Source: Planctomycetota bacterium
GTDB taxonomy: Bacteria; Planctomycetota; UBA1135; UBA2386
Length of the DNA stretch: 64,000 nt
Reading direction: 5' to 3'
NCBI GenBank assembly: GCA_046290465.1
Contig: JBKAGP010000001.1
Coordinates: 6,144,001 to 6,208,000, forward strand
This document shows positions 48,117-57,315 of this stretch, one piece after another. The position numbers were made by a program, and so were the translations under genes. Below the pieces are notes generated by a model. The model worked only from the letters and a program-made list of their open reading frames with translations, ran no database searches and was not told the DNA's origin. Position 1 is the first letter of the stretch. Each line of letters begins with the position of its first letter.

Positions 48117-49403
48117 ATGCCCACAACCTGTGTCGTAGGCATCCTCTGGGGTGACGAAGGCAAGGGCAAAGTCATCGACTACCTGGCCGCCGAGACCGAC
48201 TACGTCGTCCGTTTCGGAGGTGGCCACAACGCTGGCCACACGCTCGTCCTGCCGCCGTCCGTCGCTGGTGACGGCAAGCTCGTCCTGCACCTGGTGCCGT
48301 CCGGCATCGTGCACCCGCACACCGTCAACGTGATCGGCAACGGCGTCGTCGTCGACCCGATCCACCTGTGCGAGGAGGTCGCGATGCTGCACCAGCGCGG
48401 CCTCGACGTCGAACTCGGGCGCAACCTGCTGATCAGCGAACGGGCACACGTGATCCTCGCGGCGCACCGCCGTCAGGACCAGTGGGCCGAGAAGGTCCGC
48501 GGCAGCGGCCGCATCGGCACGACCGGTCGCGGCATCGGTCCGGCCTACAGCGACCGCTGCGCGCGCGTCGGCCTGCGGGTCGGCGACCTGTGTCGCCCCG
48601 AAGCGCTGAAGAAGGCGCTGACCGGCCTCGCCGAGCAGAAGAACGCGCTGTTCGAGCCGGCCGGCATCGAGCCGCTCGACTGCGCGCAGATGTTCGACGA
48701 GCTGTGCGCGGCGGGCGAGAAGCTGAAGCCGGGCATCGTCGACGCCGGCAAGACGCTGCGCGACGCGCGGCTGGCCGGCAAGCGCATCCTGCTCGAGGGC
48801 GCGCAGGGCTGCCTGCTCGACGTCGAACACGGCACCTACCCGTTCGTGACCAGCTCGCACGCGAGCACCGGCGGCGCGTTCAGCGGCACCGGCATGCCGC
48901 CGCACGCGATGCGCACGATCGGCATCGTCAAGGCGTACGCGACCCGCGTCGGCGAGGGGCCGTTCCCGACCGAGCTGCACGACGCGACCGGCGATGCGCT
49001 GCGCAAGGCCGGCAACGAGTACGGGTCGACGACCGGCCGGCCGCGTCGCTGCGGCTGGTTCGACGCGGTGGCGGTGCGCTACTCGGGTGCGGTGTCGGGC
49101 GTCGACGAGCTGGTGCTGACCTGCTTCGACGTGATGCGCGGCTTCCCGCTGCGCATGGCGACGTCGTACCGGCTGCCCGACGGCAGCACCACGACCGACC
49201 TGCCGGCGTTCGACCTCGAGGGGGTCGAGCCGCAGTTCACCGAGCTGCCCGGGTTCGACGAGGACATCTGCGACGTGCGCGACTACGCCGCGCTGCCGCA
49301 GACGGCGCGCGACTACGTCGCCGCGATCGAGCAGCACACCGGCCTGCGGGTCGGCACCATCTCGGTCGGCCCTGGTCGCGACCAGGTCATCCGCCGGGAC
49401 TAG
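48117..49403 (+). CDS. purA: adenylosuccinate synthetase
   Basis: WGDEGKGK, GGHNAGHT, GTTGRGIGPAY, EGAQG, TTGRPRRCGWFD. Confidence 0.98.
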   Translation: MPTTCVVGILWGDEGKGKVIDYLAAETDYVVRFGGGHNAGHTLVLPPSVAGDGKLVLHLVPSGIVHPHTVNVIGNGVVVDPIHLCEEVAMLHQRGLDVELGRNLLISERAHVILAAHRRQDQWAEKVRGSGRIGTTGRGIGPAYSDRCARVGLRVGDLCRPEALKKALTGLAEQKNALFEPAGIEPLDCAQMFDELCAAGEKLKPGIVDAGKTLRDARLAGKRILLEGAQGCLLDVEHGTYPFVTSSHASTGGAFSGTGMPPHAMRTIGIVKAYATRVGEGPFPTELHDATGDALRKAGNEYGSTTGRPRRCGWFDAVAVRYSGAVSGVDELVLTCFDVMRGFPLRMATSYRLPDGSTTTDLPAFDLEGVEPQFTELPGFDEDICDVRDYAALPQTARDYVAAIEQHTGLRVGTISVGPGRDQVIRRD

Positions 49404-49453
49404 ACGAGGTCCATCGACAGCGGCCATGGAGCAGCGGCCATGAAGAGGTGGCG

Positions 49454-50179
49454 ATGAAGAAGCACGAGGCGGACGAACTGGTCGTGCCGAAGAGCGTCGC
49501 CGTCATCATGGACGGCAACGGGCGCTGGGCGAAGCGCGCCGGCTTCGAGCGCATCCGCGGCCACGAGAAGGGCATCGACGCGGTGCGCACGACGGTCACC
49601 GAGTGCGCCCGGCTCGGCGTCGAGGCGCTGGTGCTCTACGCGTTCTCGGAGGAGAACTGGGCGCGGCCGAAGCGCGAGATCGACATGCTGTTCAAGCTGT
49701 TGAAGCGCTTCCTGGTCGACGAGCGCGACACGCTGATGGACAACGACGTGCAGCTCCTGCACAGCGGCCGTCGCGAACGGTTGGCCGACGACGTGCGCGA
49801 CCTGCTCGACGAGACCATCGAGCTGACCCGCGCCAACACCGGCATGAAGCTGTCGCTGGCGATCAGCTACGGCGCGCGCCAGGAGCTGGTCGACGGCATC
49901 CGCAAGATCGCCGCCCGCGTGCAGCGCGGTGAGCTGGCGCCGGAAGCGATCGACGAGCAGACGGTGCACGACGCGCTCTACCAGCCGTCGCTGCCCGACC
50001 CCGACATCCTGATCCGCACGGCGGGGGAGATGCGCGTCAGCAACTTCCTGCTGTGGCAGATCAGCTACGCCGAGATCCACGTCAGCGACGTCTGCTGGCC
50101 GGAGTTCGGCGCGGAGCAGCTGCAGCAGGCGTTCCGCGACTACGGCCGCCGCATCCGCAAGTTCGGGAAGGTGCTCTGA
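49454..50179 (+). CDS. uppS: undecaprenyl diphosphate synthase
   Basis: IMDGNGRWA, YAFSEENWARP, IRTAGEMRVSNFLLWQ. Confidence 0.97.
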   Translation: MKKHEADELVVPKSVAVIMDGNGRWAKRAGFERIRGHEKGIDAVRTTVTECARLGVEALVLYAFSEENWARPKREIDMLFKLLKRFLVDERDTLMDNDVQLLHSGRRERLADDVRDLLDETIELTRANTGMKLSLAISYGARQELVDGIRKIAARVQRGELAPEAIDEQTVHDALYQPSLPDPDILIRTAGEMRVSNFLLWQISYAEIHVSDVCWPEFGAEQLQQAFRDYGRRIRKFGKVL

Positions 50180-51030
50180 TGGCCAGCGACCTCGGCACCC
50201 GCGCGGTGCTCGCGCCGACGATGCTGTTGATCATCGGCGGCATCTACTGGCTCGACCTCGCCGGCACGCTCGGCGTCAAGGAGGGCGCGCTGTCCGCCGG
50301 CCTGCTCGGCCTGCTCGGCATCGGCGGCGCCTGGGAGTTCGCGACCCTGCTGCGCAGCGCCGGCTTCGCGGTCGGCAAGCGCACGCTGCTGGTCGCGACC
50401 ACGCTGCTGCTGGTCAGCGCGTTCGCGTTCGGCTGGGCGGAGCTCGACCACGAGCTGTACCCGCTGGTCGCCGGAACGTTGCTGCTGCTGTTCCCGCTGG
50501 CGCTGCGCTCGCTCGGCCGCGACGACATGCACCACGGCCTCGAACGGCAGGGCGCCACGCTGCTCGGGTTCATCATGGTCGCGTGGCCGATGTACCTGGC
50601 GATGGGCACCTGCTTCCGCTGCCTGCCGTCGCTGCTCTACGTGGTGTTGATCTGCAAGGGCGGCGACATCGGCGGCTACTGCGTCGGCCGCCTGCTCGGC
50701 CGCCATAAGCTGATCCCGCACATCAGCCCCGGCAAGACCATCGAGGGCGCGCTCGGCAGCCTCGGCACGTCGGTGCTGCTGGCCTGGCTGCTCAACGAGC
50801 CGATGCTCGGCGAACGGCTCGACCTGCCCGTCTGGGGGGCGCTGCTGACCGGCGTCGTGCTGAACTTCACCACCCAGACCGGCGACCTGATCGAGTCGCT
50901 GCTGAAGCGCCGCTGCAACGCCAAGGACAGCTCGACCCTGCTGCCGGCCCACGGCGGCATCCTCGACCTCGTCGACAGCCTGCTGTTCTCGTTCTGCGCC
51001 TGGTTCCTGGTGCTGGTCCGGCTGACGTGA
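50179..51030 (+). CDS. cdsA: phosphatidate cytidylyltransferase
   Basis: Multi-TM; ISPGKTIEG, GDLIESLLKR..KDS..LP.HGGILD. Confidence 0.96.
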   Translation: MASDLGTRAVLAPTMLLIIGGIYWLDLAGTLGVKEGALSAGLLGLLGIGGAWEFATLLRSAGFAVGKRTLLVATTLLLVSAFAFGWAELDHELYPLVAGTLLLLFPLALRSLGRDDMHHGLERQGATLLGFIMVAWPMYLAMGTCFRCLPSLLYVVLICKGGDIGGYCVGRLLGRHKLIPHISPGKTIEGALGSLGTSVLLAWLLNEPMLGERLDLPVWGALLTGVVLNFTTQTGDLIESLLKRRCNAKDSSTLLPAHGGILDLVDSLLFSFCAWFLVLVRLT

Positions 51031-51088
51031 GGCAGGTTTCCCCGCCGCCGGGATCGGCGCGGGGGCGACGGTCGCGCGCGGCGGGCCG

Positions 51089-51121
51089 GGTGGCGCAGGC
51101 TGAACCGGGTTCGGTATGCGG
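51089..51121. repeat. dispersed palindromic intergenic repeat, copy 2
   Basis: GGTGGCGCAGGCTGAACCGGGTTCGGTATGCGG. Confidence 0.8.
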
Positions 51122-51190
51122 TGGTCGGTTCTCGGTTCTGGGGGGAGTTGGGGTTCCACCAGCGGCGGCCGCACTTAGACTCCGCGCCAG

Positions 51191-52201
51191 ATGAGTGACG
51201 CGGACATCAGCATCCCGGTGGAGTCGGTCGACGAGGCTCGGACCCTGCTCGGGCCGTTGGACAGCAACGCGCGGTTGATCCGCGAGCTGCACGGCGTCAG
51301 CGTGCTGGCCCGCGACGGCAGCGTGCGGCTGCTCGGGGACGAGGAGCACGTCGCGGTGGTGCGGGGGGTGCTCGAGGAGTGCCTGCGGCGGATGCGCAGC
51401 GGGCACCGGATCGGCACCCAGGAAGTGTCGTCGCAGCTGCGGCAGACCCTCGGCGTGGCGGCGGGCACCGATGCGCCATCGGAGCCGGTCGCGAAGGCGC
51501 GGCCGAAGGGCGGCGCGGTGGTGCGCGCCCGCACCGAGGGCCAGCAGCGCTACCTCGAATGCATCGACAAGCACGACGTCGTGTTCGGCGTCGGCCCGGC
51601 CGGCACCGGCAAGACCTACCTCGCCGTCGCCAAGGCGATCGAGGCGATGAAGCAGGGCGGCGTGCGCAAGCTGATCCTGGTGCGGCCGGCGGTCGAAGCG
51701 GGCGAGAAGCTCGGCTTCCTGCCGGGCGACTTCCAGGCCAAGATCGACCCGTACCTGCGGCCGATGCACGACGCGCTGTCCGACCTGCTCGATCCGCGCA
51801 CGCGGATTCGCTGGCTCGAGACCGAGGTCGTCGAGGTCTGCCCGCTCGCCTACATGCGCGGCCGCACGCTCAACCAGGCGTTCGTGATCCTCGACGAGGC
51901 GCAGAACACCACCGTGCAGCAGATGTTGATGTTCCTGACCCGCCTCGGCGAGGGCTCGCGCATGGTCGTCACCGGCGACCCGTCGCAGGTCGATCTGCCG
52001 GGCAACGTGCGTTCGGGGCTCGGCGACGCGCTGCGCCGCCTGGAGAACGTCGAGGGCATCGGCATCTCGCGCCTCGGCGCCGAGGACGTCGTGCGCCACA
52101 AGGTCGTCAGCCGCATCGTGACTGCCTACGACGAGTTCGATCGCAACCGCGACCACGCGCCGCGCGGCGGCCGGGACGAGCGCGCCGAGTCCCGGGACTA
52201 A
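51191..52201 (+). CDS. phoH: PhoH/YbeZ family ATPase
   Basis: GPAGTGKTYLA, RPAVEAGEKLGFLPG, YMRGRT, DEAQN. Confidence 0.95.
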   Translation: MSDADISIPVESVDEARTLLGPLDSNARLIRELHGVSVLARDGSVRLLGDEEHVAVVRGVLEECLRRMRSGHRIGTQEVSSQLRQTLGVAAGTDAPSEPVAKARPKGGAVVRARTEGQQRYLECIDKHDVVFGVGPAGTGKTYLAVAKAIEAMKQGGVRKLILVRPAVEAGEKLGFLPGDFQAKIDPYLRPMHDALSDLLDPRTRIRWLETEVVEVCPLAYMRGRTLNQAFVILDEAQNTTVQQMLMFLTRLGEGSRMVVTGDPSQVDLPGNVRSGLGDALRRLENVEGIGISRLGAEDVVRHKVVSRIVTAYDEFDRNRDHAPRGGRDERAESRD

Positions 52202-52204
52202 GAC

Positions 52205-52624
52205 ATGCTCGAACTCGTCGACCGCTTCCGTCCGCGCACCGAACGCGCGTTCGTCGAACGGGTTGTGGCGGCGGTGCGCGAGCACGTCGGGCGTCCCGAT
52301 CTCGAGGTCTCGCTGCTGCTGACCGACGATTCCGAGATCGCGGACCTGCACGACCAGTACCTCGGTGACCCGACGCCGACCGACGTGATGTCGTTCGCGA
52401 TCGACGACGGTGCCGAGGTCGTCGTCAGCGTCGAGACCGCGCGTCGCGTCGCCGCGGACAACGGCACGCCGATCAACGCGGAAGTCGCGCTCTACATCGT
52501 GCACGGCATCCTGCACACGGTCGGCTTCGACGACAAGGACGCGCGCGAACGTCTCTGTATGCGCGAAGCGGAGCGCGCGATCCTGACCGGACTGCGACTG
52601 CGCGTGCGCGAAGTCGACGCGTAG
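52205..52624 (+). CDS. ybeY: rRNA maturation endoribonuclease YbeY
   Basis: PTDVMSF, HGILHTVGFDD (the third His of the usual motif is Asp here); follows phoH. Confidence 0.9.
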   Translation: MLELVDRFRPRTERAFVERVVAAVREHVGRPDLEVSLLLTDDSEIADLHDQYLGDPTPTDVMSFAIDDGAEVVVSVETARRVAADNGTPINAEVALYIVHGILHTVGFDDKDARERLCMREAERAILTGLRLRVREVDA

Positions 52625-52996
52625 TGGTCGCGTCTTGAACGCATCACCAACGCATCACCGCCGCGCAGTCGACGCGTCGTCGTTCGTCATCGACGTCGAC
52701 AACACTCCACGAAGTGTGTGCACGACGTTGCGCCGCACGTGAGGTTCGTGCTACCGTTCGCGCGTTCGCTCCTTCGCAATCGACGTGATGGTCGCGGTTC
52801 GTTTCACGACGACGCGCACACGACAACGACGAACGGCATCCCGACGACCTCGCGGTGCACGTGTCCGAGTCGCTGGCGCCGAGCGAACGACGCCGCTCGG
52901 GTCGTCCTCGTTTCGACCCGCCGCCACTTCGACGACGTCGGCCGCGAGCCGGGTCCGTTCGACCTTCCGACGGATTCGTCTCTTGCCAGGTAATGC

Positions 52997-53782
52997 ATGG
53001 TAGGTAAACCCGCTGCCCGTGATGCCGCAGCCTCGCGCGAGCGAGCCAGCAACGGCCTCACCACCGAGCACCTGCTCGAACGCTACCGACTGCGTCGCTC
53101 CCGAAAGGTGCTCGACCAGGTCGTCGAACGCCACCGCGACCTCGTCGAGACGATGGCGCGCAACCTCGCTTCCCGGCTGCCTCGCAGCGTCGACGCGCAG
53201 GACCTCGTGCACGCCGGGATGTGGGGCATGATGCAGGCGATCGCGTCGTACGAACCCGATCGCTGCGACTCGTTCCTCGCGTTCATGCGGATCCGCGTGC
53301 GCGGCGCGATGCTCGACGAGCTGCGCCACATGGACTTCCTGCCGCGCCTGTTCCGCCGCCGCGTGCGCGAGCGCGACCAGGCGCGCGCGCGTCTGCGCAT
53401 GCAGCTCGAGCGCGAGCCGACCGACAGCGAACTGGCCGACGCGCTCGGCATCACCGAGCAGGCGCTGCTGCGCTGTCCGGCGAGCAAGGTGCTGCGTTCG
53501 GTGCACTTCCGCGAGGGCGACAGCGACGAGGACCAGTTCGACCACCTCGAGGACGACGCGATCGAGTCGCCGATCGAGGCGATCACCCGCCAGGAACTGC
53601 TCGAGCTGGTGCGCAAGCACCTCGACCCGGTCGAGTGGAAGGTGCTCAAGTTGCACTACCTCGACGGCCTGACCGGCCGCCAGGTCGCGCAGCGCATGCG
53701 CCTGTCGGCGTCGCGGATCTGCCAGATCCACGTGCAGGTGCTCGACCGACTCAAGCAGGAGCTGACGGCGCGCGCCGTCTGA
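52997..53782 (+). CDS. FliA/WhiG-family (group 3) sigma-70 factor
   Basis: DLVHAGMWGMMQAI, RVRGAMLDELRHMDFLPR, REPTDSELA, SASRICQIH. Confidence 0.9.
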   Translation: MVGKPAARDAAASRERASNGLTTEHLLERYRLRRSRKVLDQVVERHRDLVETMARNLASRLPRSVDAQDLVHAGMWGMMQAIASYEPDRCDSFLAFMRIRVRGAMLDELRHMDFLPRLFRRRVRERDQARARLRMQLEREPTDSELADALGITEQALLRCPASKVLRSVHFREGDSDEDQFDHLEDDAIESPIEAITRQELLELVRKHLDPVEWKVLKLHYLDGLTGRQVAQRMRLSASRICQIHVQVLDRLKQELTARAV

Positions 53783-53789
53783 TCGACGC

Positions 53790-55073
53790 ATGGTGGACAA
53801 GACGCCGTGCCCGGGTGCCGGCGCCCCGGAGTTCCATCTCCGCGACGGCGCGCTGTGGTGTGAGGACGTCGCCGTCGCCGAGCTGGCCGAGCGGTTCGGC
53901 ACGCCGCTCTACGTGATGAGCGCCGCCGCGGTGCGCGCGCGGGTCGACCGCGTGCGCCAGGCGTTCGGCGACGACGCCAGGATCTGCTACGCGGTCAAGG
54001 CCAACTCCAACCTCAACCTGCTGCAGCTGCTGCACCGACTGGGCTGCGGCTTCGACCTGGTCAGCGGCGGCGAACTCGAACGGCTGCGCGCCGCCGGCCT
54101 GCCCTCGGACGAGGCGGTGTTCGCCGGGGTCGGCAAGCAGGGCTGGGAGATCGACGCGGCGGTCGCCGCGGGGCTGCTGTTCTTCAACGTCGAGTCGCCG
54201 CACGAGCTGCCGCTGCTGGCCGCCGCCGGCGCAGCGGCGGGCGCGCCGGTGCGCGTCGCGCTGCGTCTCAACCCGGACGTCGACGCCAACACGCACGCCT
54301 ACATCAGCACCGGCAAGGACGAGAACAAGTTCGGCGTCGCGCTCGACCGCGCCGGCGACCTGGTCGCCGCCATCCACGCCGATCCGTGGCTCGAGCTGGT
54401 CGGCTACCACGTGCACCTCGGCAGCCAGCTGCGCGGCACCAACCCGTATCTCGAGGCGCTCGATCGCGTGCTGCAGTTCGTCGACGACGACCCGCGTCGC
54501 GGCGACGGCGTGCGCTACTACGACCTCGGCGGCGGCTTCGGCATCGCGTACGGCGAAGGCGCCGAACTCGACGTGCGCGCGGTCGCCGACGCGCTGCTGC
54601 CGAAGCTGCGCGAGCGCGGCTGGACGCCGGTGGTCGAGCCGGGCCGCTACCTGGTCGGCGACGCCGGCGCGCTGGTCACGTCGGTGCTCGGCGAAAAGGC
54701 CCAGGGCCGCGCCAACTTCCTGCTGGTCGACGCGGCGATGAACGACCTGATGCGGCCGGCGCTCTACCAGGCCGAACACCCGATCGTGCCGGTGCGTCGC
54801 GGCGCCGGCGAGCCGACCCGGATGGTCGACGTGGTCGGTCCGGTCTGCGAGACCGGCGACTTCCTCGGCAAGCAGCGGCAGCTGCCGCGCTGCGAACGGG
54901 GCGACCTGCTGGCGGTGTTGGCGGCGGGCGCGTACGGTGCCAGCATGGCGTCCAACTACAACACGCGTCCGCGGCCGGCCGAAGTGCTGGTCGACGGGGC
55001 CTCCGCCCGGTTGATCCGGCGGCGCGAGTCGTATCGGCGCATGTTCGAGGACGAACTCGAGGCCAACCCATGA
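53790..55073 (+). CDS. lysA: diaminopimelate decarboxylase
   Basis: YAVKAN, DLVSGGE, HVHLGSQ, DLGGG, EPGR, GPVCETGD, YN.RPR. Confidence 0.96.
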   Translation: MVDKTPCPGAGAPEFHLRDGALWCEDVAVAELAERFGTPLYVMSAAAVRARVDRVRQAFGDDARICYAVKANSNLNLLQLLHRLGCGFDLVSGGELERLRAAGLPSDEAVFAGVGKQGWEIDAAVAAGLLFFNVESPHELPLLAAAGAAAGAPVRVALRLNPDVDANTHAYISTGKDENKFGVALDRAGDLVAAIHADPWLELVGYHVHLGSQLRGTNPYLEALDRVLQFVDDDPRRGDGVRYYDLGGGFGIAYGEGAELDVRAVADALLPKLRERGWTPVVEPGRYLVGDAGALVTSVLGEKAQGRANFLLVDAAMNDLMRPALYQAEHPIVPVRRGAGEPTRMVDVVGPVCETGDFLGKQRQLPRCERGDLLAVLAAGAYGASMASNYNTRPRPAEVLVDGASARLIRRRESYRRMFEDELEANP

Positions 55074-55234
55074 TCCGACCCAGACGTTCGCTCGCGCGCC
55101 TGTCGGCGCTGCTGCTGGTGTTCGCCGCCGCGACGTCGTGCAGCTTCATCGCCGACGAGTTCGTCAAGCTCGACACGCCGGGGCCGGTCGCACAGCCGCC
55201 GGCCCCGCCGAGTGCGCTGCAAGACCGCCCCTGA
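55070..55234 (+). CDS. small lipoprotein (54 aa)
   Basis: ATGA overlap with lysA; signal peptide with ATSC lipobox; Pro-rich tail; TGATG overlap with the next gene. Confidence 0.7.
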   Translation: MIRPRRSLARLSALLLVFAAATSCSFIADEFVKLDTPGPVAQPPAPPSALQDRP

Positions 55235-55590
55235 TGGTCACAGACGGGCTGCGACACCTGCTCGAGCGCGGCGACGGCATGGGGGAGTACGACGACGGCC
55301 GCAGCGGGTACGCCGAGCATCCGGTCTGCGGCGATCGCATGGAGCTGAGCGTGCAGCGGGACGGCGAGACCGTGCGCGGCGTGCGCTGGCGCGCCAGCGG
55401 CTGCCCTGCGTCGATGGCGCTGGCGGCGCTGTGCAGCGAGGTGCTGGTCGACGTGCCGGTCGCCGAGGTCGCCCGCGTGCTGCGCGCCGGCATCGCGGCG
55501 CGCGGCGGGCTGAAGCGGCACGAGCAGCACGCCGAGAAGATGGCGCTGCGTGCCCTCGAGCAGGCGCTGGGCGAGGCCCCGGGCAGCTGA
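55234..55590 (+). CDS. IscU/SufU (NifU N-terminal)-like protein
   Basis: [10 protein letters not shown] and ASGCPASMA motifs; third Cys absent. Confidence 0.8.
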   Translation: MVTDGLRHLLERGDGMGEYDDGRSGYAEHPVCGDRMELSVQRDGETVRGVRWRASGCPASMALAALCSEVLVDVPVAEVARVLRAGIAARGGLKRHEQHAEKMALRALEQALGEAPGS

Positions 55591-55591
55591 G

Positions 55592-57178
55592 ATGGCGCGC
55601 TGGACCGACTTCCTGCAGCGGTTGCGCGGCGACGCGCACGACGGCGAACGGCAGCGCTGGCTGGCGATCCTCGGGTTGAACCGCCAGCTCGCGCTCGCCG
55701 ACGGCCGCTCGGCGGTGTTGACCGTGCTCGTCGACGAGGCGGTGCGCCTGTTCGGCGCCGAGCGCGGCTTCCTGATCGCGCGCCGCGGCGACGACGGCTT
55801 CACCGTCGAGGTCGCGCGCAGCCTCGACCGCGAGCCGGTCGCCAACCCCGAGCGCAAGGTCTCGTCGACGATCGTCGAGCGGGTGCTCGGCAACGGCGAG
55901 GGCCTGTTCAGCGAGGATGCCCAGGACGACGCCTTGACCGCATCTCAGAGCGTCGCCGACCTGCGGCTGCGGTCGGTGCTGTGCATGCCGTTGCGCGTCG
56001 GCGACCGCGTGCTCGGCGTGCTCTACCTCGACCACCGCTTCCAGTCGGGCGCGTTCGGTGAGAAGGACCTGCCGTGGCTGATGGCGTTCGCCGACCAGGG
56101 CGCGATCGTGCTGCACCTGCACGGCCTGCTGGCCGAGAACCGCGCCCAGGCGGCGCAGCTGGCCGAACAGAACGCCGGCCTGCGTGCGACCGTCGCCGCG
56201 CAGGCGCGCGCGCTCGCCGACGAGGCCCCGGTGCCCGGTCGTGACGAACTGCGCCACCCGATGCCCGGCATGGTTGGCGACTCGCCGGCGCTGCTGCGCG
56301 CGCTGCACGTGCTCGACCGCGTCGCCGATACCGACCTCGGCGTGCTGCTGACCGGCGAGAGCGGCACCGGCAAGGAGGTCGCGGCGCGCGCGCTGCACCA
56401 GGCCAGCGCGCGGCGGCAGGGGCAGTTCGTCGGCGTCAACGCGGCGGCGATCACCGGAGAGCTGCTGGCGAGCGAGCTGTTCGGCCACACCAAGGGGGCG
56501 TTCACCGGCGCCGACCGCGAACGGCCGGGGCTGATGCGGCGCGCGGCCGGCGGCACGCTGTTCCTCGACGAGGTGACCGAGATGGACCTCGAACTGCAGG
56601 CCAAGCTGCTGCGCGCGCTCGAGGAGCGGCGCGTGCGTCCGGTCGGCAGCGACCGCGAGCAGGCCATCGACGTGCGCGTGATCGCCGCCAGCAACCGCGA
56701 TCCGCGCGCCGCGATCGCCGACGGCCGGCTGCGCGAGGACCTCTACTTCCGCCTGGCGGTCGTCACCGTGCACCTGCCGCCGCTGCGCGAGCGCGGCGAG
56801 GACCTGGTGGCGCTGACCCGCAGCTTCGTCGACGGCTTCGCGCGCGAGCAGGGCGTGCCCGCGCCCGACCTGCACGACGACTTCCTCGCGGCGCTGCGCG
56901 CACGGTCGTGGCCGGGCAACGTGCGCCAGCTCCGCAACGAACTGCAGCGGGTCTGGGCGCTCGGCGACGGCGGGCCGCTGCGGCCCGAATGGCTGACCCC
57001 GGAGGAGGCCGGGCCCGGTCCGGCCGACGGCGTGCCGACCGACCTCGCCGGGCTCGAGCAGTGGGCGATCGACCGTGCGCTCGAGCAGGCCGGCGGCAAC
57101 AAGGCCGAGGCGGCGCGGCTGCTCGGCATCGGCCGCCGCACCCTCTACGACAAGCTCAAGGGGCGCGCGCAGCCCTGA
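55592..57178 (+). CDS. sigma54-dependent enhancer-binding protein (GAF-AAA+-Fis HTH)
   Basis: GAF (SVLCMPL...LYLD), [47 protein letters not shown]. Confidence 0.96.
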   Translation: MARWTDFLQRLRGDAHDGERQRWLAILGLNRQLALADGRSAVLTVLVDEAVRLFGAERGFLIARRGDDGFTVEVARSLDREPVANPERKVSSTIVERVLGNGEGLFSEDAQDDALTASQSVADLRLRSVLCMPLRVGDRVLGVLYLDHRFQSGAFGEKDLPWLMAFADQGAIVLHLHGLLAENRAQAAQLAEQNAGLRATVAAQARALADEAPVPGRDELRHPMPGMVGDSPALLRALHVLDRVADTDLGVLLTGESGTGKEVAARALHQASARRQGQFVGVNAAAITGELLASELFGHTKGAFTGADRERPGLMRRAAGGTLFLDEVTEMDLELQAKLLRALEERRVRPVGSDREQAIDVRVIAASNRDPRAAIADGRLREDLYFRLAVVTVHLPPLRERGEDLVALTRSFVDGFAREQGVPAPDLHDDFLAALRARSWPGNVRQLRNELQRVWALGDGGPLRPEWLTPEEAGPGPADGVPTDLAGLEQWAIDRALEQAGGNKAEAARLLGIGRRTLYDKLKGRAQP

Positions 57179-57181
57179 TCG

Positions 57182-57202
57182 GGTGTGCGGATCCTGCACA
57201 CC
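57182..57202. promoter_or_regulatory. palindromic upstream activator site candidate
   Basis: GGTGTGC-GGATCCT-GCACACC inverted repeat about 85-100 bp upstream of the -24/-12 promoter. Confidence 0.6.
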
Positions 57203-57284
57203 TGGGCGATCGCCGCACGCCGCGGTCGGTCGCCCGGATCTTGTAACCCATGGTATGAAGGGCTCTTGAAGAAATGTCTCAGGT

Positions 57285-57300
57285 TGGCACTGCGGTTGCT
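57285..57300 (+). promoter_or_regulatory. sigma54 -24/-12 promoter
   Basis: TGGCAC-TGCGG-TTGCT matches TGGCAC-N5-TTGCW; preceded by an AT-rich tract. Confidence 0.85.
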
Positions 57301-57315
57301 CTCCCCTCCGCCAGC

